DNA of 62,604 nucleotides, counting the filler, from Choristocarpus tenellus KU-1152 (Eukaryota; Protista; Phaeophyceae): NCBI GenBank assembly GCA_964200185.2. It is 10 parts of 10 records of this genome, joined end to end, with 100 filler letters (N's around TTAATTAATTAA, not from the genome) between each part and the next. Parts side by side here need not be neighbours in the genome. Positions count along the whole stretch, not along the records: positions 1 to 20,060 come from CAXNAD020000419.1; 9 more parts are not named here. One strand, written 5' to 3'. The first letter of the stretch is position 1. Each line of letters starts with the position of its first letter. Position numbers and translations under genes: made by a program. Positions 1 to 11,796 of this stretch are shown piece by piece. A model generated the notes under the pieces. It made no database searches, was not told the DNA's origin, and saw nothing but the letters and a program-made list of their open reading frames with translations.

Positions 1-22
1 CCCCCCCCGGATACTTTGGGTC
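1..22. mobile_element. MITE family B terminus (poly-C + GATACTTTGGGTC)
   Basis: Matches the right terminal repeat of the complete copies, e.g. 44707-44882. Confidence 0.7.
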
Positions 23-642
23 AACCAAAGGGCTGCTCGATGTAGGAAATGTCTGCGCTCACTCTGTGTGTATATTCGCAAACTATATTGTTCTATGTTC
101 GATGTAGGAAATATTGTTCTATCAACTATTTTCACCACGAGGTCTTGTCGTTGTTGATAAAGTCGTTTCTCAAAACGTGATAAACGGACTGCTTATTAAT
201 CCAGTAAGACAAAAAAAAATCATCCAGACACAATCACTTGGATTTGGACTGCTGCGGTTGAATATATGAACAAAGGCCAAAATTGTCACACTCCAAAGGA
301 TAATAAATTGTGGTGGGAAGGGAGGAAAAGACTGCCAGTCAATCAAAAACATAGGATGGATCAAGGCACGCAAGCTGCCTTCATTTACTGATGAGGCTTT
401 TTTGTCAACCATTTTGATGCAACCAACAAGGGAGAAAATCTACTCAGGCTATTAGAACTTGTAATATAGTCAGCTGAAGCTGAGCAGTGTATTGTAACCT
501 TAAGTTCCCCACCCGAAAGGATGTCGAGAATTATTTTTTTATTTTTTTATGACTAGTTGCTACAAAGAAAAGTTAATTTTGTGTGATGTGTAGCATATGT
601 CCACTGTGCCTCTCCAAGAACGACAGACTTTGTCGTGCTTCT

Positions 643-827
643 GGGTCAAAGTATCTTGGGGGGGGGGGGATGTCGGTGTCCGTTTTTCACCCTTTATTCG
701 ATTTTCACTTTTTTGGTGTGGTTTGGTCGCACGTGTCGGATTTGAAATGTCAACAAAAAAAAGAGTTGTTTGACTGAAAACAGACGCCCCCTCACAAACC
801 ACCCCCCCCCTCCAGATTCTTTGAGTC
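643..827. mobile_element. MITE with family B-type termini (~185 bp)
   Basis: GGGTCAAAGTATCTT-polyG ... polyC-CAGATTCTTTGAGTC inverted termini, flanked by a TCT duplication. Confidence 0.75.
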
Positions 828-939
828 TCTGCATAACCAACATGTCAAGTATATAGGAGTGATTATATGTACTGCATGAGCATCGCACCTATGCACCGCC
901 CCACTCATTTCCACCTTCTCAAATGGCGATTAGACCGAT

Positions 940-1195
940 TTATCCTTCAAAACAAATGGTACACTGAGCTCCATCTCTCTCTCTCGAATGGCCATGGCGA
1001 AGGGTGTAACTGGGATGAAAGGGAGCAATGTGCGCCATGTTCTCAAGAAAGATACAAAACAAACAACACCACTGTATAAGGGTAAGGGTATTTAGGAAGC
1101 TGCTGAGACACGCTTCATTGGTAGAGGAATTAGCCTCGACGTTCTTGTTTCGTGCTTCATAGAAGCATATGTTATTATTTTTTCAATTGCTATTA

Positions 1196-1227
<32 letters not shown>

Positions 1228-3824
1228 GCAATTGTTAATTATTATTTGAACGGCGAATAGAAACCACACATACACAACAACACCATGCTTCATACACATA
1301 CACCTTTTCCCTTCACAAGTTGTTTCGTGTTATAGGAACTCACAAACGCCAATATTCTCAGTCTACAATGTTCCTCCCTCACCGTCGGAGGAGAAGTGGC
1401 GCTGCTTCTGGCAGACGAGGTACTGCCAATCCCTCTCTCTCTTTCAGGAGGCGTGCTCTCTCATCTTCATCACGGTCTTCTACCCACTCCCTCAGGAATT
1501 TCTGCTTGATCTGGAAGTGCAAGCAAGGAGAGGTCAAAGGTCGAGGTAGCGTACGCATGTGAAAAAAAGGGCCCTAACCCTAACCTGTAATAGATCATTA
1601 CATGAAGTCATCAGTTACATGGCTTCCCGCTTTGATGGTACCAGTAAAGATATATACCTGAAAATGCAAGCTGAAACCTGCTCATGAGGTGCAAGAGATC
1701 TATTACATTACCTCGACATCTTGCCCAACTAGCAAAATTCCCAAACCTCCCAGCCCCAACACTCATTCTGTACATTGCTCTACCAACAAATAAATTCATA
1801 GCATTCAGTTTCCTCTCCTTTAGCCATACTTGAGCAACCTACCGTGTCACTTTTCCAGGCACACACAATTGGAGCAGGATGCTCATCCCCTGCTTTAGGG
1901 ACTGAGCTTGGTTTTTCGGGCGGCATTAGTATGACCCCTAGCTGGTTTTCATCATCCCAGCCATTTTCATCCTCCTCCTCAGATATAGGCCCACTATTTT
2001 TTCCAGGGGAAGGAACATCAGATAAATCACCATCTTCTCCAGCTGGTTGCTAGTTCGAGATCGTGGGAGATGATGTGACATGGAGGAAATTCCATTATAT
2101 TGTCGTTGATGAATGGAGAGAAAAGTCTAGAAAATATCCTCTGGCAGCATGGGGTTGGTTCTTGTCAACTACACCATAGTATAGAAGCAATGTAGGCGCC
2201 AGATTGCAAATTTGGAATGGTAGACAAAAGCTGGGGCAAATTGATTTGGACAGGAGTTGTAAGTGACTACCTGGGGTATATCTGAAAGTACAACTGGTGC
2301 TTTTTCTAATCAAAATTGCCTACACGCTTCTCTGAGGTATGGATTCCAAAGTAGCACAGGTGCATCCTGCTGTATGTCATTGGGAGCTTGTGTGTGTGTT
2401 GGGAGCTGGAAGTCTGTGTTACGTTGTCATTTTCTGGATCTTTGAAGCTTATGTTGAATATGTAAAACACTGCACCATGTGCCACAGCTATAGTCTCACG
2501 GTATCCAACATTATATGATGACAAAGAGAAGTCAGGAGATAATGAATTTTCCATCCCTATCCTTAGACTTTGGAAAAAAATAGTACAATATCAAGGAGAT
2601 TGCTTTCTACTGAACGCTGCAAAGCAATCTCTTTAAAGACATAAATGGAGGACCTGCTGTGGATTGGGGGGCTAGGGGTATTTGTCACCAAAATACACCT
2701 TTGCGATGAGTACTGGGCCTGGAGTAGTAGTGGAGTTCCTCCTGACTATGACCTCCTCAACTTGTTTCCTCCTTCGCTCTCTCTGTTGCTTAAGCTGTTC
2801 ACGCTTCTGACTGAGAGTTATCTGCCGATCGACATGGAGACAACAAACCGAATAGTGAATATGACGCCAAAGTGGATCATTATTGAGACATTGACTTTCA
2901 CCATACGGTAGCGTGAAAATGCGTATACTTGTTTGTAGTAGGGGAAGCATCAGCACATCGCTGTAGGGTTCCTTGACCAATTGACCCTCGTGCACACCAT
3001 AAGTTCTTCCCCACCTATATTCTCTAATAGTAGTAGCTCACTTTGACTGGCTGGAAATTTTGAGTCCTAATTCCTTCTCCCTGAGCAAGACCAGGAGGCG
3101 ATGTGTCTTCTGCAGCTACTGCACTCGCTGACAATACGGGCATTATATCGATGGATCAGAAATGTTATTCTTTATCTTCTCGAGCATTGCATTTCTTTGT
3201 TGAGAGAAGCATTATGCTTACGTCTGCCACCGCATTGCGAACCCTTTCGTAGTATGTGCTCCGGATTCTCTTCTCGGAGAGGTCTTGCAGTAAATGGCAA
3301 TGTAAACTTGAAGCTGTGTAGTAATCCTGAAGATAAGTTTGCATTCGAAGGGCTGTAACCACAATTGATAACAACTGTAGAATGAAAAATGATTTGACCT
3401 TGTCACCTTTACCCCCTGATAATACTTCCCCCGAAGATCGTCGCCTTCGCCTCTCCCTCGCTCTTTTTCGTAGTCTTTCCTCTAGGCCCTGTGTGAAAGC
3501 AAGGAAGGCGTAGAGATCAAGAATTTTGGTACGAGCACTCAGTCTCGCAAACACGTTGCTCGAAAAACAGGTTGCTCGGCAAACAGTTACCACCACCTTG
3601 GCATTCGTAAAGTGCCGACCACGTATTCGGAGCTATTGCAGGAGAAGATGCCAAGAGTGGGTGAAGACATGAATGGCCTTAATGCCAATCATTACCATCA
3701 CTAGCAATCTACCATCAGAGAGAACACCTTACAAGGAACTCAAGGCACCAACCTCTCGGTCACTGTGTATGACGAATGGGTCTTTCTGTTCGTCATCACC
3801 GTCACTCGCCGCAGATCCAGGCAT
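940..3824 (-). CDS. Multi-exon hypothetical protein, charged/coiled-coil rich
   Basis: ATG at 3824 (MPGSAASDGDDEQKDPF). GT/AG-bounded open segments include GLEERLRKRARERRRRR, ITLSQKREQLKQQRERRRKQVEE, an acidic block near 1844-2050 and exon 1510-1383 (IKQKFLREWVEDRDEDERARLL). Putative last exon 1009-940. Internal exons are not fully resolved. Confidence 0.45.
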
Positions 3825-4036
3825 GTTTATCTCGTCGTAGAACCCTTCCCGCCTAAACACGCGTTAACTTGAACTGTCCTTCTGTCGTGCTGAGACCATG
3901 GTTTGTTGTTGTACGGTTTCACGTCATCCTAATGATGAATCTGAATCGACATAATTTCCACTCCACAATTTCAAAAAACACTTTCTCTTACCTAGTATTT
4001 TCGAATTTCCTGGTACGTTGTCTCATGTTAGACAAC

Positions 4037-6768
4037 ATGGACCCAAATGCAACCAGAAAACACCCTGATAATGGTGATGAAGACGGGAAAGCATTGTTGT
4101 ACTCTTACCCTGCCATCGAACGGGCTAAGATGCTATCAGCTAATCGTCTAGGAGTCAGGACTCACCCACTTTCACACAAGAACCAACATCGTCCTACTTG
4201 TCCTAGGTCAGGCACTGTCAAAACATGTACTGTCGATCTCGAGGGAATCTTTGGAGATGTGCACTGGCTTGATCAACAAAATGAACTTCCGAAAGTGGAA
4301 AGGGCGACGTGTGCACGGCGAAAGGTGGTAGAAGGGTGTGTTGAGGGTACACGATTTGGTGACAACACCGGATTGGATGCGAATGAGTCACTTATCTTCG
4401 ATTATGGAAGGACAAGGCAGAATAGTCACGAAGTACACGAGGTGAGCTTGGGGTGATATGTCTTTGTGCAACCTCTGCCATCATTTCTACATCAAAATAG
4501 TACACGCCTACAATATTATTGACCTTCAATTTCCTTCTAGCATACAGGAGCACAACGATCAACTCCCTAGTCAAACTAATCTCTTTCCCCCTTTCAAATC
4601 GTTCTCTTGTGGTCACACCGCCCCGTACTCCCTTCAAACAGGCGTGCAGGAGCGCACGAGTGAAGGCCCTTGCCCTAGAGCGCTTCCTGTCTCACCAGGC
4701 TGGTCCAATTGCTGAAAAGGTATAGTGCGGGAAAAGAGATGACAACAACTGCCAGTTTCTTGAAAATGAAGCGTTGCAAGCTTTATGAATTCGAAGCCCT
4801 TACCCTTTCCTTGGACTCCGTCTTATTCGTGGGTTGATGGTCAATGTGGGCAATGCTTTGGGTAAACCACATTTGGTGATGTTCAATTTCTTCTATTGTA
4901 ACCACACAACACACGACGTGTCAGCCCTCGTGCTTAACAAAAAGTGGTTTGAAGTGTCTATATGTCTGGCTCTATTCACCCACATGCCAATCGATCCCAG
5001 AAATATGCATGTTTACCTTTTTCTTGGCCCAGGTATTTTTTTCAGCTCTTGACGATTATGCACTAGTGTGCCGCAATTTCAACGAGCTTCCATCCCGAAC
5101 TAGCTTGCCTGGAACTCCACCGGGAACAGTGCCCATCCTCCAGTCTAATGGGCATTGCCACACATCACCGAAATCGTCCTTGTCAATTGGGAGGCCATTG
5201 TCACCTTGCCTCTTTGACGACACCTTGACTGCCAGGGTTTGTGACCAGAGCAAAGCAGAGAGAATTTCCACTCATCAAGAGCAGACACATTTTGACCCAG
5301 TATGGATGAACAATTTGCCAGCATTGAAAGTAGATGGCGGAGTCCACACAACAGATTGGGAACCCTGGAAAGATTGGACTGATGAGACACTTCGGTGTGA
5401 TGAACCCTCAGCAAGATGGGGGAATGGGACTGAGACGGATTTCAATAGATTCCTTTTTTGTAATGGAAAAGTACCATTAGAAGTATGTGGTTGCCAGAGA
5501 GAGCCAGGTGTTGGAAGCAAGCAGAAGTCTTTGCCATGCAGGTCAGCTAGTAGTGATAGAGTAGTTCTCTATGCTAGGGGCGACCAACATTCACATGGCA
5601 CCCATTTGGATTCATTTCCAGAATCTACAACCGCTGAGGCCTTGAAGAGCGTGGGAGCTTGTTCTGGGTTGCATGGTGAATGCCAGGTACTATTCCAACA
5701 ACTGCGTTGTACAGGGAGTGGTGGAGGGTCAGGGACAAGTGAGGAAGTGGTACAGACAGCTAGGGTTGCAGGAGACACTGCTCAGGGAGAAGGAGACAGT
5801 GAGACAGAGGATTGGGAGAGAGGGGAACTGGACTGGGATGAGAAGAGACCACCTCAGGTGATAACGAAGTTGAAGGTGCTTGTTCTTAATATAAGACTGC
5901 GACCCACTTTTTTTTCCATCTGGTGACCTGCATTACCAAGGACCCCTGTGGTGATATTGAATTTTGGGCTCTCGCGATGGCATTGTGATATTCTTTAGAA
6001 GACCTGGTTGACTCCTGATTGGCGAATCATTTGGAGTATGTGGAAATTGATTTCCATAATGACCGCCCCAAGAGAGACTGCCAGCAGATCCTGCTCACTC
6101 TAGCCAAGCTACATGTTGCCCTTATGGAAGCAAGAAGTACTATTAGGGCCCCTCTTTCTGTGTAATACCTTATTTTAACATTTCGAATATGTATAACTGT
6201 ACTGTAGAAATGAAATGAGTCAAGTAGGTGTTACAGTTCTTGGGAGAGGAGGAACATACTTGGAATGAGTAAAAGTACAAATGGTTCCCACCACCCGCTA
6301 TGTCATGCCCTGCACAAAATTTGATACTTTTTTACAGCAAGTCTCCTTAGGCACCAATTTCCTCTATTCCCTCCCTCTCCCCCAATCAGCTGCTCATGAT
6401 TAGTTGAGTAATCTGATGACCTGAAACTCCATATTTATATTTACGCAGGATGTGTGGAATCTCAACCCTCTTGTGCCTGTAGCTCAAAGAGAATGCCAGC
6501 TCAAGGGCAGAGATAGGATTCTGAATCATGTTACCAGCAACAGGTTGAGTGAGTTTTTCTCTTCCTTCTAAACAAAAGCAGTGCATTCCACCGCTTTGCA
6601 ACCTCCCCCCCCCCCACCCACCCCAGCCCTCCCTACCCAATCAACTATTTGAAGGTCCAGACAGATGTGAGGGCAAAGATGGTTGGCCTCTCCAATCTTA
6701 TACGTGGAAAGATATCTGCAGCTGGAGGAGGAAGATTGAAGGCAGCGAGTGCAAAGGTTGTGACCTGA
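4037..6768 (+). CDS. Four-exon hypothetical protein
   Basis: ATG at 4037; exons about 4037-4441, 4642-4719, 5033-5857 and 6655-6768 join in frame at GT-AG sites and end in TGA. No recognisable domain. Confidence 0.6.
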
Positions 6769-7503
6769 CATCAGTGCTATCCCCCTACCACTAGAGGTGT
6801 GTTCATAACAAAGAAGCTGGTTGTATAACTGTGGCCTTTAGGGTATGCACTGGATATAAAGATTTCATGTGTGGATATAGTCATTATGTCCTAGTCTTTT
6901 GTTGTAGTTCCTGCTAAACTGTTGGATAAGAGTTTGCCTTGACTTTCTTGGGCTGCAAATAGTCAAACAGGAATGATCAAGAATTTGAGTTTGTAGTAAT
7001 GATTGCACTCCCTACTATTACCCATGCCAACTCTAGAGTTGAAGCAGGTGATGGAGGTGTTAAATTTGATTTATGGGTTACGAGTTCCCGCTTTGGTACA
7101 AGATAAGTTAAAATTTAGGCAGGTTACTAGTTACAGTGTGGCACCTCTGCCAGGTGTGGGGGTCAGATGTTTGGGGATTTAGTGAATCCACCACCCTGAT
7201 TGCTACAGATTTGTTGTGTGTTGGATGTCAGCCACAGCAGTATTACGGGGTTGAGTGTGTGCTGTTCAATATTTGACAGAAAGGTGGTAATAGATGCATC
7301 TCTTGACTACCTCTGTCAATAATCACTTGACGTATCGATGTTTGGATATTTACACCATGCAGTGTGCTTGCCTGTGCTCTTTCTGTAGCGTAGTGTGGCG
7401 GTTATTCCGCTTACACACTGACTTAAGGTGCAAGGGTACTGGACAACTTCAAGTCTGTTACATTTCACGTAATATATACTTTGCATATACCTTCGTACGC
7501 ATG

Positions 7504-7506
<3 letters not shown>

Positions 7507-7542
<36 letters not shown>
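7507..7542. repeat. (TG)n microsatellite
   Basis: Visible dinucleotide run. Confidence 0.95.
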
Positions 7543-7544
<2 letters not shown>

Positions 7545-8195
7545 CTATATGTAGTATACCAGCATCCCCCTTTTATTTGCTGTCCTTTTTGCCTTCCACA
7601 AGTCCCTCCACGATGTCGGTACTTTTGTACTACATAGCATCATTCATGCTTAGGGTCAAATTCATTCCTGCTCTCCACCCAGGGGTCCCTCTTTTGGGGA
7701 TCTGTGTAGTTGTTCTTTGCGCTTGGTTTGTTTCATGAATGCTCAATCGTCTTCCATATTATTGCTCCAGTGTTCGGTTCATCAAGGTGGAAGGAAGCAC
7801 AACACACAACAAATGGGGTATGACTATATAATCGTACCTCATTCAATACAACAGACTGGACTTTTTCACCTACATTGGGATAAAATCAGTGGAGGCGTGA
7901 TGGCGCGATTTTTGTGTACACGCGAACGCGCGAGATTTACTTCAGGAAGGTGGATGTTGGAGAAACGTTTGCATCTCAAAGGTGAGAAAGGACCCTTCCA
8001 ACTGCTGTCTACGTCGGTGTCATGATTGGTCGAGTTGCTGGATGGTGTTTTCCGGCCGGGTTTCGAAATAAACATAGCTCTCTACCTCTAACGAGAGGTA
8101 AATCAGAGCTTGATTTAGGCTCTCTCACCCGACCTACACCTTCGATCCAGCCTTTCTTGATCCTGCTGAAGCATAATGCCATTGCGGTTTTGATT

Positions 8196-9728
8196 ATGAG
8201 TAGATGTTTGAGAGCCTCCTATTTTCCGAGGGTGGAAAGCGTTCGTTGCATGCTGGGGAGTGTGTATGCACCATCGTTTTATGAAGGGGAGGACCACTAC
8301 CTCTAGCGATTCGACTTTGAATATGACCCTGAATATTTCCTACTGCTATTTCCGCGGATTTGATTTTCTTTGTAGGCGCTTTGTTTACCAATAAGTCCAT
8401 ATTCTCATTCATGATGAGCACAGATGTGGAGCTCTGTTGTTGATGCTGCTCAATTGCGTTGATTCCTTAGTTGTACAGGTCACAATGGTTGCTCAATATT
8501 ATACACTTTAAAAACTCGAGATAGTCTAGTACGATATAGCCTTCATCGCCTTCACCCCTCACCCACACACCAGCTCCATCACGATCTTCCACTCCCCCTT
8601 CAAGGTTGGTTGTGGCTCAATCGGTCGGACCTGCCAAGGGTACTACCCACACAATCGGACCGAAGCGATAGACGCCTTTCATCACATGTATGGGGAAACA
8701 TCATCACTTCGAAACCAGGTAAGAGGGGAATGCCTCTGAATGGAGGTAATGCAGCCAATGGAGTGAAACTCTCAGGACATCCAGCGACTGAGGTGCACAA
8801 GGCAGGTATGGAGCAGTTGGACAGGGTGGAGAAGGCAGTGCAGGGAATGACGGGCCACTATGGTGTGTTTGAGGTGACACGAGTCAAGCACGAGTTGTGG
8901 ATTGACTTGGGGGATACTGTTGGGAAGTACTGGATACAATACGACAAGTTACTTCAGAAAATATGCCTCCTCTCTCCCCGGTCTGGAGGGTACCGCTACG
9001 ACTACCACAAGGAATCCGGGTGAGATGTGGAGGGAAAGAAACCTACCCCAGTCCAACTGTCCTAAACTACAGTAGGTCTTCAATTGCTCAATGGACTAGC
9101 TCTCATTGATTTAGGGTTGTGCTTCATCGTTTAATGCCATGTTAAATCTCCTTGAGTTAGACATCGAACAATGCTTGTATCTGAGCCTTGATGCTGAAAA
9201 AATCCTCAGTACCCTTTTCCAGTCCTATCAATATAGCACTACCTGGTATTTAATCTGATCTTGAAACGCTGACACTTTTCTGTTAGGTTTTTTTGTGCAC
9301 TTCTTGTCGCAATACACCTGTTAATTGTGGGAAGAGAGTCTTGTCTTAAGTGATAAGTAGAATATCTGTTATGAATCAAATAGGAAACATGACCACTATG
9401 TTTCTGGATTGTTATTGTTCATTGCCCAAAATATTGTTGAGGTGTGGATCATTACTCTCTTCACATATGATAACCACTACCTCTCAACAATAGAGTAGGC
9501 GCCATGTCCCTGTCAATGTGATACAAGGATGCTATTTCTGTACCATCTGGGCTGTGCAGTCATCTTTGGCTGTCATTTGCTGACCTTGGCATTTTTTTCA
9601 AACATGGTGAATGTTGATCTTTTTCTAACTTATGCAGGGCATGGTTGGGGGAAGCTGACGACCATGACTTTGAGGGTATGCTAACAAGGGATCTTATTCA
9701 GCAGTCCTATGGGCTGCCCCAGTTTTAA
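8196..9728 (+). CDS. Frataxin/CyaY-like protein, probably mitochondrial
   Basis: Exons 8605-9019 and 9638-9728 splice to give LWIDLGDTVGKYWIQ...LLSPRSGGYRYDYHKESGAWLGEADDHDFEGMLTRDL, the frataxin SPxSGxxRY..W motif. The Arg/Ser-rich first exon from ATG 8196 is tentative. Confidence 0.8.
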
Positions 9729-11796
9729 CTCAATACGTTTTGGGTGGACATGCCACTAGAGAAATATGGGAAGGAAAATGGTCATTTGTCCTGAGGTTTG
9801 ACTGTAGTTCTTAGGAGCACTAGCTGGAGGGTGCAGCTTCATGGTACTTTCCTGTACATATGTTGTCAGACCGTTTGTTCCACACATACCAGTGGGCACA
9901 TCTCATCATGACAGCTTGAATGGGTCTGTGGTCACAGGCACTAGCTTATGTTGTCAATTTTTTGTGGTTGTGTGCAGGTATCACTGGCTGATTGTCACCT
10001 CTGAATAGCAGATCGATTTTATATGTGGTTTAAGAATGAAACGCAAGCAATATACCGCACATCCATGTATCTATCTCATACTACCTCTAAACTTTTGAGT
10101 GTTGTTTGATTTGTGGCGGCAAAGCAGAGCTTGGGTTTGCAAGACAATGCTGTTAAGTATATATGCACATAGTTTATGTGAACCATCTGAGTATTCTCTG
10201 CACTAGGGCATATTATTCCAGCAGTCCTGAAGTATCAACTCGCGGGTTGAAGTATCTGGGAGTGGGGTGGCTACTGTTCATTCTGGGCCCATTTTTCCAT
10301 GTCATTTTTGGGTGATTTGGTTGCATGCATTGGATGATACGTAATTGCACTATTCTTGGTCAGGCCCTGAATGGACAACATGGTGTAGACTCCCCCCCCA
10401 AATACTTTGAGCCCATCTTCCTGGCATTGAAGTATAGGCAAAGTTTGTATAGAATCAACACAGTTATACTTTAAGAACCCATTTGTCTTGTTTATTCCCA
10501 AGATATAAAACATGGGTAAGAGTGCAACTTGACCATCCTTTTCAATTGGTAACGTCTCATAGATTGTTTATTCCCACAACTGTCCCTTGTTTCTTACTAA
10601 TTTCTAGTTCACTTGTCTTCAATTCAAGGTTGCCAAAGTTGACCTTACATGGAGGTAATGTTAAGTCAACTATATCGTGTTACATTAACAATTTCTCTCA
10701 ACTTCAAGATCAATGACACATTCAATTTTTAATGTTCTCAATTTACATTTAAGGATTTAAGTCCTCTATATCTCACGTTTTGATATTCATACAGTATCTG
10801 TACAAAATGTTGTAGTTTTGGGTTTTAAAACACTGTAATTCACTGTTTACATCTGACTTTGGATGTTAAATTACTTAATGTTCACTACTATAGTGCACGG
10901 AGACTCATCACAGAAAAAAATTGGAGAGACTTTATTTAAGGAGGTGAAAGGCAAAGATAACAAATAGTGTGGCAACAGTCCTAGAAAAATTGTTTTCATA
11001 TGGAATGCTGCGAGTCTAATAATTTATATGTGCTGATAAATCAGAAAATCTGCCACATAAAAAGTGCAACCTTCTTAAGATGCCTTTTTTGCTTATCCTT
11101 TGTACCTTTCCGCCCCACTGTATGCTTCAGAATATATGAGGCTAAGCTAAGCAGTCATTGCACAATTTGTGGTATCACCCTATTTGATTCTTATGTTTCA
11201 GAAATCCTTCTCCTATGGAATCACAGCATCATACAATAGTTATTTTGTGGTTGTACCAAATAATATAATATGACCTACTTAAAGAGCATACAAGTCAATA
11301 TGCTCATAGAGGTTAAATTACATTTCATTATTCAACTTCTAGGATATACACCAAATCATAGTGTAGGATTTATTTCCAGGTCCCAATGCGATGCATCAAG
11401 ATGTACCACTTCAGCAGTGAGATGAAGTATGGAAAAATCAGCTAAAGGGAGGTGGCGCAATCCTGGTGCAAATGCAACACTAAACTTATCACTGGTAAAT
11501 CCATACTATTGTACCTGTCAGCTGTAAAGGGTTATTTTTTAACTGCTGGTTCTCTGTGAAGGTTTACGTAAACTTTCTAACACAAGGTGCACACAGGTAC
11601 AATATCATGCAAGAAGCAGACAATACACACATTGCAAGATAAGAAAGGAAGACCAGCATCCTTTGGTGTGACATAAAAGATAAAACATCGTTTTTTCTGT
11701 CGACAGATATATTTGCATGCTTTGGCCTTTATCCAATCCATCAATTCAACCCCCAAGCAGGAGGACCACGTTTCCTACTCATGTCTACTCCTTCCC

